Source: a bacterium
GTDB taxonomy: Bacteria > Verrucomicrobiota > Kiritimatiellia > CAIVKH01
NCBI GenBank assembly: GCA_030432155.1
Contig: JAUIHQ010000001.1
Location: 1 to 56,751, forward strand
Length of the DNA stretch: 56,751 nt
Direction: 5' to 3'
In this document: piece by piece, positions 7,270 through 14,897 of the stretch
Numbering within the stretch: position 1 is the stretch's first letter
How the letters are laid out: each line of letters starts with the position of its first letter
Program-made: the position numbers and the translations under genes
Notes under the pieces: generated by a model
Seen by the model: the letters and a program-made list of their open reading frames with translations, nothing else
Databases searched by the model: none
What the model was told of the DNA's origin: nothing

Positions 7270-7923
7270 ATGCCATGGATGCACATAGGCCGGTTGCTGG
7301 TTCCGTCTGCGCTGCTGATGCTGGGGGCGGGGTGTGCGGGGTTGGGCGGGGGGTCGAAGGATGCGCTGCCGGCGCGGATTGACCTGATCGAGACGCCGCG
7401 GGCGATCCGGGGGGATTACAGTTATCCGGACGCGTATACCCGGCACCTTTTTCTCTGGAATGATTTCGGAGCGAACTGGCGGATCTATCTACCGTCCCGG
7501 CGCTATGCCCACTCCGGCATCCGGTTTATCTATCCCCACGACCTGAGCGGGGTTCGCGACACATATTTCATCGAGCTGAAGATTCGTCCGGCGAAGCTGG
7601 CCAATCACCTGTGGGTGGGCCTGGTCGACAGCAAGAAGATCCCGGGCCGGGTCATGGTGGACGCGCCGATGCGGGCGGAAGGCGAGCCGGTGTACCGCGG
7701 GACGGACGCGGTGAAGATCCGGATTCCCCTCGACCGGTTCGGCGGGGACGTGCTGTTGCAGGAAGCCGACGACACCGGCGACGACGGGGCGATCGACCTC
7801 TCGGCGGGATCCGACGGGGCGGTCTTCGACTGGTCGGACGTACGCGAGCTGCGGATCATCAGCCCCGGCTCACGCCTCCCCGCCCGCGAAATCACCATCG
7901 AACACCTCGAGCTGCGCCGGTAA
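7270..7923 (+). CDS. hypothetical lipoprotein
   Basis: Lipobox-like N-terminus: MPWMHIGRLLVPSALLMLGAGCAG. No recognisable catalytic motif. Confidence 0.6.
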   Translation: MPWMHIGRLLVPSALLMLGAGCAGLGGGSKDALPARIDLIETPRAIRGDYSYPDAYTRHLFLWNDFGANWRIYLPSRRYAHSGIRFIYPHDLSGVRDTYFIELKIRPAKLANHLWVGLVDSKKIPGRVMVDAPMRAEGEPVYRGTDAVKIRIPLDRFGGDVLLQEADDTGDDGAIDLSAGSDGAVFDWSDVRELRIISPGSRLPAREITIEHLELRR

Positions 7924-8025
7924 CCGCCGCGGATTGAGGCTGGCCATTACAACCATTTTGTTTATAAGGGGTTCTGATATGCAGCTTCTCGCAGGGAAGA
8001 ACCACCAAACGCAGGAGGCACCATC

Positions 8026-8442
8026 ATGGCAGCCATTGTTCTCGGCCGCATCTTTCTCGGCCTGATCTTTATCGCCAGCGGCATCGGCAAGATCTTTGAC
8101 TGGTCCGGCACCTCGGCCTATATGGACGCCAAGTGCATGCCGCTGGTCCCGGTGTTCCTCGTCCTAGCCATCCTCCTCGAATTGGCAGGCGGCCTTTCCG
8201 TGGCGACCGGCTACCGCCAGAAGTGGGGCGCAATCGCGCTGATCCTCTTCCTGGTCCCGGCGACCCTGATCTTCCACGCGTTCTGGTCGTACCCGGATGA
8301 GGAACAGAAGATCCAGATGATCATGTTCATGAAGAACCTTTCCATCCTCGGCGGCCTGCTCCTGCTGATCGCGGTCGACGCCCAACAGCAGACCCGCCTC
8401 CAGCTCGACGTCAACCGGGTCACCAACCGGTACGTTCAATAG
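8026..8442 (+). CDS. DoxX family membrane protein
   Basis: 138 aa with about 4 TM. GRIFLGLIFIASGIGKIFDW...LELAGGLSVATG is the typical DoxX pattern. AGGAGG lies upstream. Confidence 0.8.
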   Translation: MAAIVLGRIFLGLIFIASGIGKIFDWSGTSAYMDAKCMPLVPVFLVLAILLELAGGLSVATGYRQKWGAIALILFLVPATLIFHAFWSYPDEEQKIQMIMFMKNLSILGGLLLLIAVDAQQQTRLQLDVNRVTNRYVQ

Positions 8443-8445
8443 CCG

Positions 8446-10998
8446 ATGAGCCGACTGCCGATCTATGACATCGAGGACGCCCTCCTCGATGCCCTGAAGA
8501 CCCATACCCGGCTGATCATCCAGGCCCCCACCGGCTCGGGCAAATCCACCCAGGTACCTCAGATGCTGTTGACCAACGGAGTCCTCGGCGACGGGGAGGC
8601 GGTGGTGCTTCAGCCCCGGCGCATCGCGGCCCGGATGCTGGGCTCGCGGGTCGCGGAGGAGCTGGGCACCGGCCTCGGGGAAATCGTGGGCTACCAGGTG
8701 CGGTTCGAGAAAGCGGTCAGCCCCCGCACCCGCATCCGTTACGTGACCGAGGGCATCCTGCTCCGGCGGATGATCGACGACCCGCTGCTGCGCGGGGTGA
8801 AGGCCCTGGTGTTTGACGAGTTTCATGAGCGGCACCTGTACGGCGATATCTCGCTGGCCCAGGCGGTCCAGCTCCAGCGGACCCGGCGCCCCGACCTCGT
8901 GATCATCGTGATGTCGGCGACCCTCGACACCGCGGCGCTGGAGCCGTACCTGGATCCCTGCCATGTCCTCACCTCGGAGGGCCGCACCTTTCCGGTGGAT
9001 ATCTCCTACCGGGACACGCGGAGCCGCCCGTCCGATCCCCCGGTGTGGGAGCTGGCCGCGGACACCCTCGGGCGGGCGATCCGGCAAGGGGCGGAAGGCG
9101 ATGCGCTGGTGTTCATGCCCGGCGCGTTCGAGATCCACAAAACCATCCAGGCGATCGAGCGGCTGGATGAGGCGCGGGGGGCGGTGGTGCTTCCGCTGCA
9201 CGGCGAGCTGAACCCGCGGGACCAGGATGCGGCGGTCTCCCGGTATGACCGGCGAAAGATCATCGTCGCCACCAACGTGGCCGAAACCTCCATCACCATC
9301 GACGGCGTCCGGATCGTGATCGACAGCGGCCTCGCCCGGATTCCGGACTACGACCCGAACCGCGGCATCAACACCCTGTTGATCGAGAAGATCAGCCGGG
9401 CCTCGTCCGACCAGCGGGCGGGCCGGGCCGGACGGACGGCGCCGGGGCATTGTTACCGACTGTGGTCGGAGCCGGAGCACCGGGAGCGGCCCCTGCAGGA
9501 AACGCCGGAGGTGCGGCGGCTCGATCTGGCCGAGACCGCGCTGATGCTCAAGGCCGCGGGCTTTGCCGACCTCTCCCTGTTCCCGTGGCTGGAGGCCCCG
9601 GACGCAACCACGCTCGAGCGGGCGGAGACCCTGCTGCGCGACCTCGGGGCGGCGGATCACAACGGGGTCATCACCGAGACCGGACGCCGCATGCTCGCCT
9701 TTCCCGCTCATCCCCGCTATGCGCGGATGCTGCTGGCGGCCGAGACGTATGGGTGTGTCTACCAGGCTTGCCTGATCGCGGCGCTGACCCAAGGCCGGGA
9801 TCTGCTGGTGCGGCGGACCGGCAAGGACTCACGGGACAGGCGGGACGATGTGCTGGGCGATGCTGCGTGGTCCGATTTCCTGATCCTGATGCGGGCCTGG
9901 AGCTTCGCCTCGCGCAATCAATTCCGCCTCGATGCCTGCAAGCGGATGGGCATTCACGCCCAAGCGGCCCGGCAGGCCGACGCGGTGTTCCGGCAGTTTC
10001 TGACCATCGCGGAGCGGGAAAACCTGACCGTGACCGAACGGGCAGCCGATGATGACGCGGTACGCAAGTGCATCCTCGCCGGTTTCTCCGATCACGTGGC
10101 CCGGCGGATCGACAAGGGAACGCTGCGGTGCGAGGTGGTGCACAACCGGCGCGGGGATCTCTCGCGGGACAGCGTGGTGCAGGATGCGGACCTGATCGTG
10201 GCCGCGGAGATTCATGAAATCGAAGGCCGCAGCGTGAACACCGTGCTTTCCCTCGCCACCGCGATTGAGGCGGAATGGCTGGCTGACCTGTATCCGGAGG
10301 ATATGAACACCGCGGTGCACGTCGAATACGATCCGTCGTCGAAACGGGTGCAGGCCGAAGAGCAGCTCCGGTTCCGGGACCTCGTGCTGACCCGGAAGCG
10401 GCTCGACACCCCGCCGGCCGACGAGGCGGCGATGATTCTTGCCCGGGAGGTGGAGGCGGGACGGCTGACCCTCAAGCAGTGGAACCACGGGGTGGACCAG
10501 TTCATCGCCCGGCTCAACTTTCTCAGCCGGACCTGTCCCGAGCTGGAGCTGTCGCCGATCGACGGCGACGACCGCCTTCATCTCATCGCCCAGGTATGTC
10601 ACGGGGCCGCCGGGTACAAGGATATCAAGGACCGGCCGGTGCAGCCGGTCATCGATGCCTGGCTCTCCTCCGCCCAGCGCCATACCCTCGACACCCATGC
10701 CCCCGAGCGGCTGGCCCTGCCCGGCGGGCGGAAGGCCAAACTGACCTATCCGCCGGACGGCGACCCGTACATTTCCCAGCGCATCCAGGAGCTGTACGGG
10801 CTGACCGAGACGCCCCGCATCGCAATGAAGCGGTGCCCGGTCTTGATTCACGTGCTCGCCCCCAACATGCGTGAAGTTCAAATCACCGCGGACTTGAAGC
10901 GGTTCTGGCAGGAGCACTATCCTCGCATCAAACAGGAACTCCAACGCAGGTATCCCAAACACGAGTGGAAAGACCTGAACGGAACGGCGCCAACATGA
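8446..10998 (+). CDS. hrpB: ATP-dependent RNA helicase HrpB
   Basis: 850 aa. QAPTGSGKST (Walker A), DEFHERH (DEAH-type box), SATLD, and a long HrpB-type C-terminal region. Confidence 0.9.
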   Translation: MSRLPIYDIEDALLDALKTHTRLIIQAPTGSGKSTQVPQMLLTNGVLGDGEAVVLQPRRIAARMLGSRVAEELGTGLGEIVGYQVRFEKAVSPRTRIRYVTEGILLRRMIDDPLLRGVKALVFDEFHERHLYGDISLAQAVQLQRTRRPDLVIIVMSATLDTAALEPYLDPCHVLTSEGRTFPVDISYRDTRSRPSDPPVWELAADTLGRAIRQGAEGDALVFMPGAFEIHKTIQAIERLDEARGAVVLPLHGELNPRDQDAAVSRYDRRKIIVATNVAETSITIDGVRIVIDSGLARIPDYDPNRGINTLLIEKISRASSDQRAGRAGRTAPGHCYRLWSEPEHRERPLQETPEVRRLDLAETALMLKAAGFADLSLFPWLEAPDATTLERAETLLRDLGAADHNGVITETGRRMLAFPAHPRYARMLLAAETYGCVYQACLIAALTQGRDLLVRRTGKDSRDRRDDVLGDAAWSDFLILMRAWSFASRNQFRLDACKRMGIHAQAARQADAVFRQFLTIAERENLTVTERAADDDAVRKCILAGFSDHVARRIDKGTLRCEVVHNRRGDLSRDSVVQDADLIVAAEIHEIEGRSVNTVLSLATAIEAEWLADLYPEDMNTAVHVEYDPSSKRVQAEEQLRFRDLVLTRKRLDTPPADEAAMILAREVEAGRLTLKQWNHGVDQFIARLNFLSRTCPELELSPIDGDDRLHLIAQVCHGAAGYKDIKDRPVQPVIDAWLSSAQRHTLDTHAPERLALPGGRKAKLTYPPDGDPYISQRIQELYGLTETPRIAMKRCPVLIHVLAPNMREVQITADLKRFWQEHYPRIKQELQRRYPKHEWKDLNGTAPT

Positions 10999-11855
10999 CA
11001 ACACAACCATCCGCGATCCTCCGGCTGCACTGTCCCGACCGCAAGGGGATCGTCGCCGCGGTCTCGGGATTCATCAGCGAGCACGGCGGCAACATTCTTC
11101 ACTTCGACCAGCATGTGGATGCAGAGCAGAACATCCTGTTCCTGCGCGCCGAGTGGAGCCTGGAGACATTCGACATCGGGCGGGACGGCATCGAGGACGC
11201 GTTCCGGCCGATTGTCGAGCGCTTCGAGATGGACCATGCCATCCGGTATTCCGATCACGTGCCCCGGGTTGCGATCTTCGTTTCCAAATACACCCACTGC
11301 CTGATCGACCTGCTGGCCCGGCATCAATCCGGGGATCTGCCCTGCGAGATTCCCATGGTGATCAGCAATCACGAGGACGTACGGGAGCTGGTGGAGTCCT
11401 TCCGCATCCCCTTCCATCACATTCCGGTGACCCGGGAAACCAAGGAAGCGCGGGAGCGGGAGGAGATCCGCCTGATGAACAAGGCGGGGATCGATCTCGT
11501 GGTCATGGCCCGGTACATGCAGATCCTGAGCCCTCTGATGATCGACGCCTTTCCGATGCGGATCATCAACGTGCATCACTCCTTTCTCCCCGCCTTTCCC
11601 GGGGGCAAGCCGTACCACCAGGCCTTCGCCCGCGGGGTCAAACTGATCGGCGCGACCAGCCATTACGCGACCGAGAATCTCGACCAGGGCCCGATCATCG
11701 ACCAGGACACCATCCCGGTTTCCCACGAAGACTCCATCCCCGACCTGATCCGCCACGGCAAAGACCTCGAAAAACGCGTCCTCGCCCGGGCGGTCTACTG
11801 GCACCTTCAGCGCCGGATCCTGGTCTACAACAACAAGACCGTGGTGTTTCGGTGA
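10995..11855 (+). CDS. purU: formyltetrahydrofolate deformylase
   Basis: N-terminal ACT-like LRLHCPDRKGIVAAVSGFISEHGGNI, then ISNH, NVHHSFLPAFPGGKPY and SHYATENLDQGPII. The ATG at 10995 overlaps the hrpB stop (ATGA). Confidence 0.9.
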   Translation: MTTQPSAILRLHCPDRKGIVAAVSGFISEHGGNILHFDQHVDAEQNILFLRAEWSLETFDIGRDGIEDAFRPIVERFEMDHAIRYSDHVPRVAIFVSKYTHCLIDLLARHQSGDLPCEIPMVISNHEDVRELVESFRIPFHHIPVTRETKEAREREEIRLMNKAGIDLVVMARYMQILSPLMIDAFPMRIINVHHSFLPAFPGGKPYHQAFARGVKLIGATSHYATENLDQGPIIDQDTIPVSHEDSIPDLIRHGKDLEKRVLARAVYWHLQRRILVYNNKTVVFR

Positions 11856-12088
11856 GGCGGGGCGGGTTTTTGAAAACCACTCATCTACACTCATCGCACT
11901 GATCATATCAGAACATGGATGTTGGTTGTTCGGTGTTGGATGTTCGATGTTGAGAACAACTCCGTTTCGTCATTGAAATTTGGGATTTGAAGTTTCCCCA
12001 AGGGGGAGCGGGGCCGGAGTCCTCCATTCGGATATTCGGCACTCAGGTATTCAGGAATTTTCCGAGAACCAGGAATCCGGACATTCCG

Positions 12089-13516
12089 TCAGATCTTCCC
12101 TCGCCTCTGCTCGAGTTCCTCGCGGATTTCGGCGAGGCGTTCCCGCTTGAGCGGGTATTTCCACAGGAGGAAAAGGGCGGTGGCCCAGAAGGCGATGGGC
12201 AGCAGGATGTAGGTCCACAGCATGCGGTTGAGAACGTCCGGGGGCTGGGTCTGACCGGCATCCACATCGAACCCGGTCCAGGCCAGTACAAAACCCGACA
12301 GCCCGACCGGCAGGGTCATGCCGAGCTTGAGAAACCACGAAAACACCGCGTTGATGCTGCCCTCCCGGCGCTTGCCGGTCAGGAGCTCGTCGTAATCCAC
12401 GATATCGGCCAGCATCGAAGGTACGATCAGCCAGATCGACGCCACCACGCTGGCGTAGAACACCGCGGGTACGATCTGGAGGTAGGGATATTTCGGGGTC
12501 AGGCAAACCACGTTCAGGAAGGCGCCGATGAAACCGGAGCCGATGATGATCATCATCGTCCACTTCTTGTCGAGCTTCTCGCAGACCCAGGTCCAGAACG
12601 GGATCGCGGCCAGGCCCATCAGAAACCCCGTCGTATCCTTCAAGCCCTCAATGATCGATGCATCCATCAACTGCCCGTCGTTGATGAAGTAGATGTTGAT
12701 GTAGAACCCGAGGGCGCCGGTCACCTGGGCGCCGAACACCTGGAGCACAACGAATCCGATCATCAACCACAGGGGTTTGACCCGGAACGACTCCCGAAGG
12801 CCCTGGACCAGCGATTCCTTCTTCTGCCTGGCCGCCTCTCGCAGGTAGTAGCGCTCGCGATTGAAGATCGCAGGCAGGATTCCCAGAATGATCACCGCCC
12901 CGGACAGCCACAGGGTGATGGCCTGGAGGCCGCGCACCAGATCCGGCTCCCCGTCCGCCCCGGCGAAGTACCCGCTGGCCGCAAAGGGGAGCACCCACCC
13001 CCCGAGCAGAACGCCGAACTTGCCGAACAAGGTACGGTACGCGGAAATGCGGGTCCGTTCATCGTAGTTGGGGGTCATCTCCAGCATCAGGCTGTTGAAC
13101 GCCATGGCCCAGATGGTGATGCTGGTATACATCAGGATGCCCACCACGAGAATGTAGCCGATGGTGGCGGTATCCCCCCACCCGGCGGGGGGGCGGTAAA
13201 ACAGCGGGGTGATGATCGCGGTCAGGATCGCCCCGACAAAGATATAGGGCCGGCGTCGTCCCCACCGGGTCCGGGTGTTGTCCGAGATATTGCCCATGAC
13301 GGGATCCGACAGCGCATCCCAGATGCGGAACACCACCATCAGCATGCCGAGCACCTGAGGGGCGATGCCGAGGCCGAGGTTGAACATCGGCATATACAGG
13401 CGTCCGACCATCCCGGTGGTAAACCATTCCACCGATCCGCCGACCCCGAACGACACCTTCTGACCGAACGGCACCCGGTCCTCGGGGGGAATCTCTTTCT
13501 GGCGAGCCATCGACAA
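12089..13516 (-). CDS. glycoside-pentoside-hexuronide (GPH):cation symporter family transporter
   Basis: 475 aa and polytopic. RIWDALSDPVMGNISDNTRTRWGRRRPY is the MelB/GPH signature region. The track start is TTG; the first ATG is at 13510. Confidence 0.85.
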   Translation of the reverse strand: MSMARQKEIPPEDRVPFGQKVSFGVGGSVEWFTTGMVGRLYMPMFNLGLGIAPQVLGMLMVVFRIWDALSDPVMGNISDNTRTRWGRRRPYIFVGAILTAIITPLFYRPPAGWGDTATIGYILVVGILMYTSITIWAMAFNSLMLEMTPNYDERTRISAYRTLFGKFGVLLGGWVLPFAASGYFAGADGEPDLVRGLQAITLWLSGAVIILGILPAIFNRERYYLREAARQKKESLVQGLRESFRVKPLWLMIGFVVLQVFGAQVTGALGFYINIYFINDGQLMDASIIEGLKDTTGFLMGLAAIPFWTWVCEKLDKKWTMMIIIGSGFIGAFLNVVCLTPKYPYLQIVPAVFYASVVASIWLIVPSMLADIVDYDELLTGKRREGSINAVFSWFLKLGMTLPVGLSGFVLAWTGFDVDAGQTQPPDVLNRMLWTYILLPIAFWATALFLLWKYPLKRERLAEIREELEQRRGKI

Positions 13517-13583
13517 CCTCGTAGTACTATATGTTAAACTAGTACAGGGTTAAACATGGAAGGTAAAGCATCAAATGCGGTCA

Positions 13584-14159
13584 TCAGGCCTTGCCGGCTT
13601 CCATCAGGCGGATGTACTTGTCGAGCCAGCGGATGTCGGCCTGGAGGCGGGCCGCCTCGTGGTCGAGCATCAGCCATTCCGCGAACGGCTTGCCGTAGAC
13701 ATCGCCCGGGGTTTTGTTGCGGAGCCGCTGCCGCAATTCCTCAAGAGCGGCCCGGGACGATGCGGACCAGTCCCGGGCAAGGCGGACGCGCTGAGCCACC
13801 GGCAGGAAGCTGCCGAGGCCGATCAGCGGCATCAGCGGATGGGGGCCCCGGCGGAAGGCTCCCACATTCTTCATCAACTCCCGGTACCGCTTCCGGCCGG
13901 TCGCGGTGACCTTGTAGACGCGGGAGGCGGGATAGCGGCCGTTCTTCTCGGTCCGGGATGACAACAACCCCTGCTCTTCCATCCGGCCGAGGGACCGGTA
14001 GATCGTGGCCGGGCTGACCGACAGATATTCCTGAACATTCCAATCCTTGAGCCGGGACCGGACCCCGTACCCGCTCAGCGGTTCCTCGTATACGCAGAAC
14101 AGCGCGATCAGCGCCGACAGCAACCCCTCTTCTTCCGGACTCTTGCGATGCACACCCAC
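13584..14159 (-). CDS. PadR family transcriptional regulator
   Basis: LSGYGVRSRLKDWNVQEYLSVSPATIYRSLGRMEEQGLLSSR...YKVTATGRKRYREL is a PadR winged-helix pattern. Confidence 0.85.
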   Translation of the reverse strand: MGVHRKSPEEEGLLSALIALFCVYEEPLSGYGVRSRLKDWNVQEYLSVSPATIYRSLGRMEEQGLLSSRTEKNGRYPASRVYKVTATGRKRYRELMKNVGAFRRGPHPLMPLIGLGSFLPVAQRVRLARDWSASSRAALEELRQRLRNKTPGDVYGKPFAEWLMLDHEAARLQADIRWLDKYIRLMEAGKA

Positions 14160-14218
14160 AGACGACTCCCTTCCTCACATTTCGACCACCCTATCACATT
14201 CCATCCTTGACCGCATAC

Positions 14219-14235
14219 TAGTTTATGATAAACTA
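14219..14235. promoter_or_regulatory. palindrome, candidate PadR operator in divergent promoter region
   Basis: TAGTTTAT-G-ATAAACTA, perfect 8-bp arms. It lies between the PadR start (14159) and the phosphatase start (14253). A related TAAACTAGT also occurs upstream of the transporter (13535-13545). Confidence 0.3.
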
Positions 14236-14252
14236 TCAGGCAGGATTTCGAT

Positions 14253-14897
14253 ATGACGACCTTTTATCTGATCCGCCATGGACGCATGGCCGGGGATCCG
14301 CATGCACGGTTCGTTCCCCCGGTGGAGGGGTGCCTTTCGCCGGACGGCGAGCAGCAGGCGGCGGCCCTCGGCGAAGCCCTATCCGGCGTCGTGTTTGACG
14401 GCGTCTTCGCATCGCCGCTGGGGCGCGCCATCCAGACCGCCCAGACATTGCGCCGCGCCGAAGGGGTCCCGCTTGCCGTCCTCGACTGGCTGGAGGAGTG
14501 GAAACCGGCTCACGTGCTCGGGGACGCCCCCGATACCCGCTTTGAATCCCTGGCCGCGGAGGCGGCCGCGCTCCCGCCCGAACAGACATGGAAAACCCCG
14601 GCCGGCGAAGGCGCTCTCGACATGGCGGCCCGGATCGTTCCCGGCTGGATCCGGCTCCTCGCCTCCCTCGGCATTCGCGCGGTGCATGGCGGCTATGTAC
14701 CCGACCGGCCGGAGGAAGACCGGACCTATGCCCTGGTGGCCCATGGCGGATCCCTCGGGCACCTCCTGTCGTTTGTGATCGGGGTACCCATCCGTCCCAA
14801 CCCCCCGATCCGGTTTGCGGAAACGGGGGTGGCAAGGGTGTCGCTCAACCGGCAGGGAGATGTCTGGTACCCGGCGCTGGAGATCGCCCCCCCATGA
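14253..14897 (+). CDS. histidine phosphatase family protein (phosphoglycerate-mutase-like)
   Basis: MTTFYLIRHGR (RHG motif), SPLGRAIQTA, LVAHGGSLG. Confidence 0.8.
   Translation: MTTFYLIRHGRMAGDPHARFVPPVEGCLSPDGEQQAAALGEALSGVVFDGVFASPLGRAIQTAQTLRRAEGVPLAVLDWLEEWKPAHVLGDAPDTRFESLAAEAAALPPEQTWKTPAGEGALDMAARIVPGWIRLLASLGIRAVHGGYVPDRPEEDRTYALVAHGGSLGHLLSFVIGVPIRPNPPIRFAETGVARVSLNRQGDVWYPALEIAPP

Noticed and set aside
8164-9792. Long antisense ORFs in the track. Examples: 8164..9792, 9829..11010, 10917..11906, 11987..13537, 4356..6050, 14726..17107, 20170..21831, 23579..24970, 27244..28056, 28213..29277, 29344..30483, 40446..41510, 42763..43818, 44012..44866, 45478..46512, 51581..52750, 55076..56005, 55864..56724
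   Set aside because: Each lies opposite an ORF with clear family motifs. Their translations are Arg/Gly/Pro/His-rich low-complexity strings, typical of stop-poor antisense frames in GC-rich DNA. No motifs were recognised.
14588-14893. N-terminal extensions of track ORFs 14588..17866, 17361..19043, 19030..22779, 24988-upstream variants, and 26447..27166
   Set aside because: The extensions overlap the preceding well-supported genes or promoter regions and are Arg/Pro-rich. Internal ATGs give ATGA-type coupling or proper signal peptides (14894, 17859, 22422, 26489).
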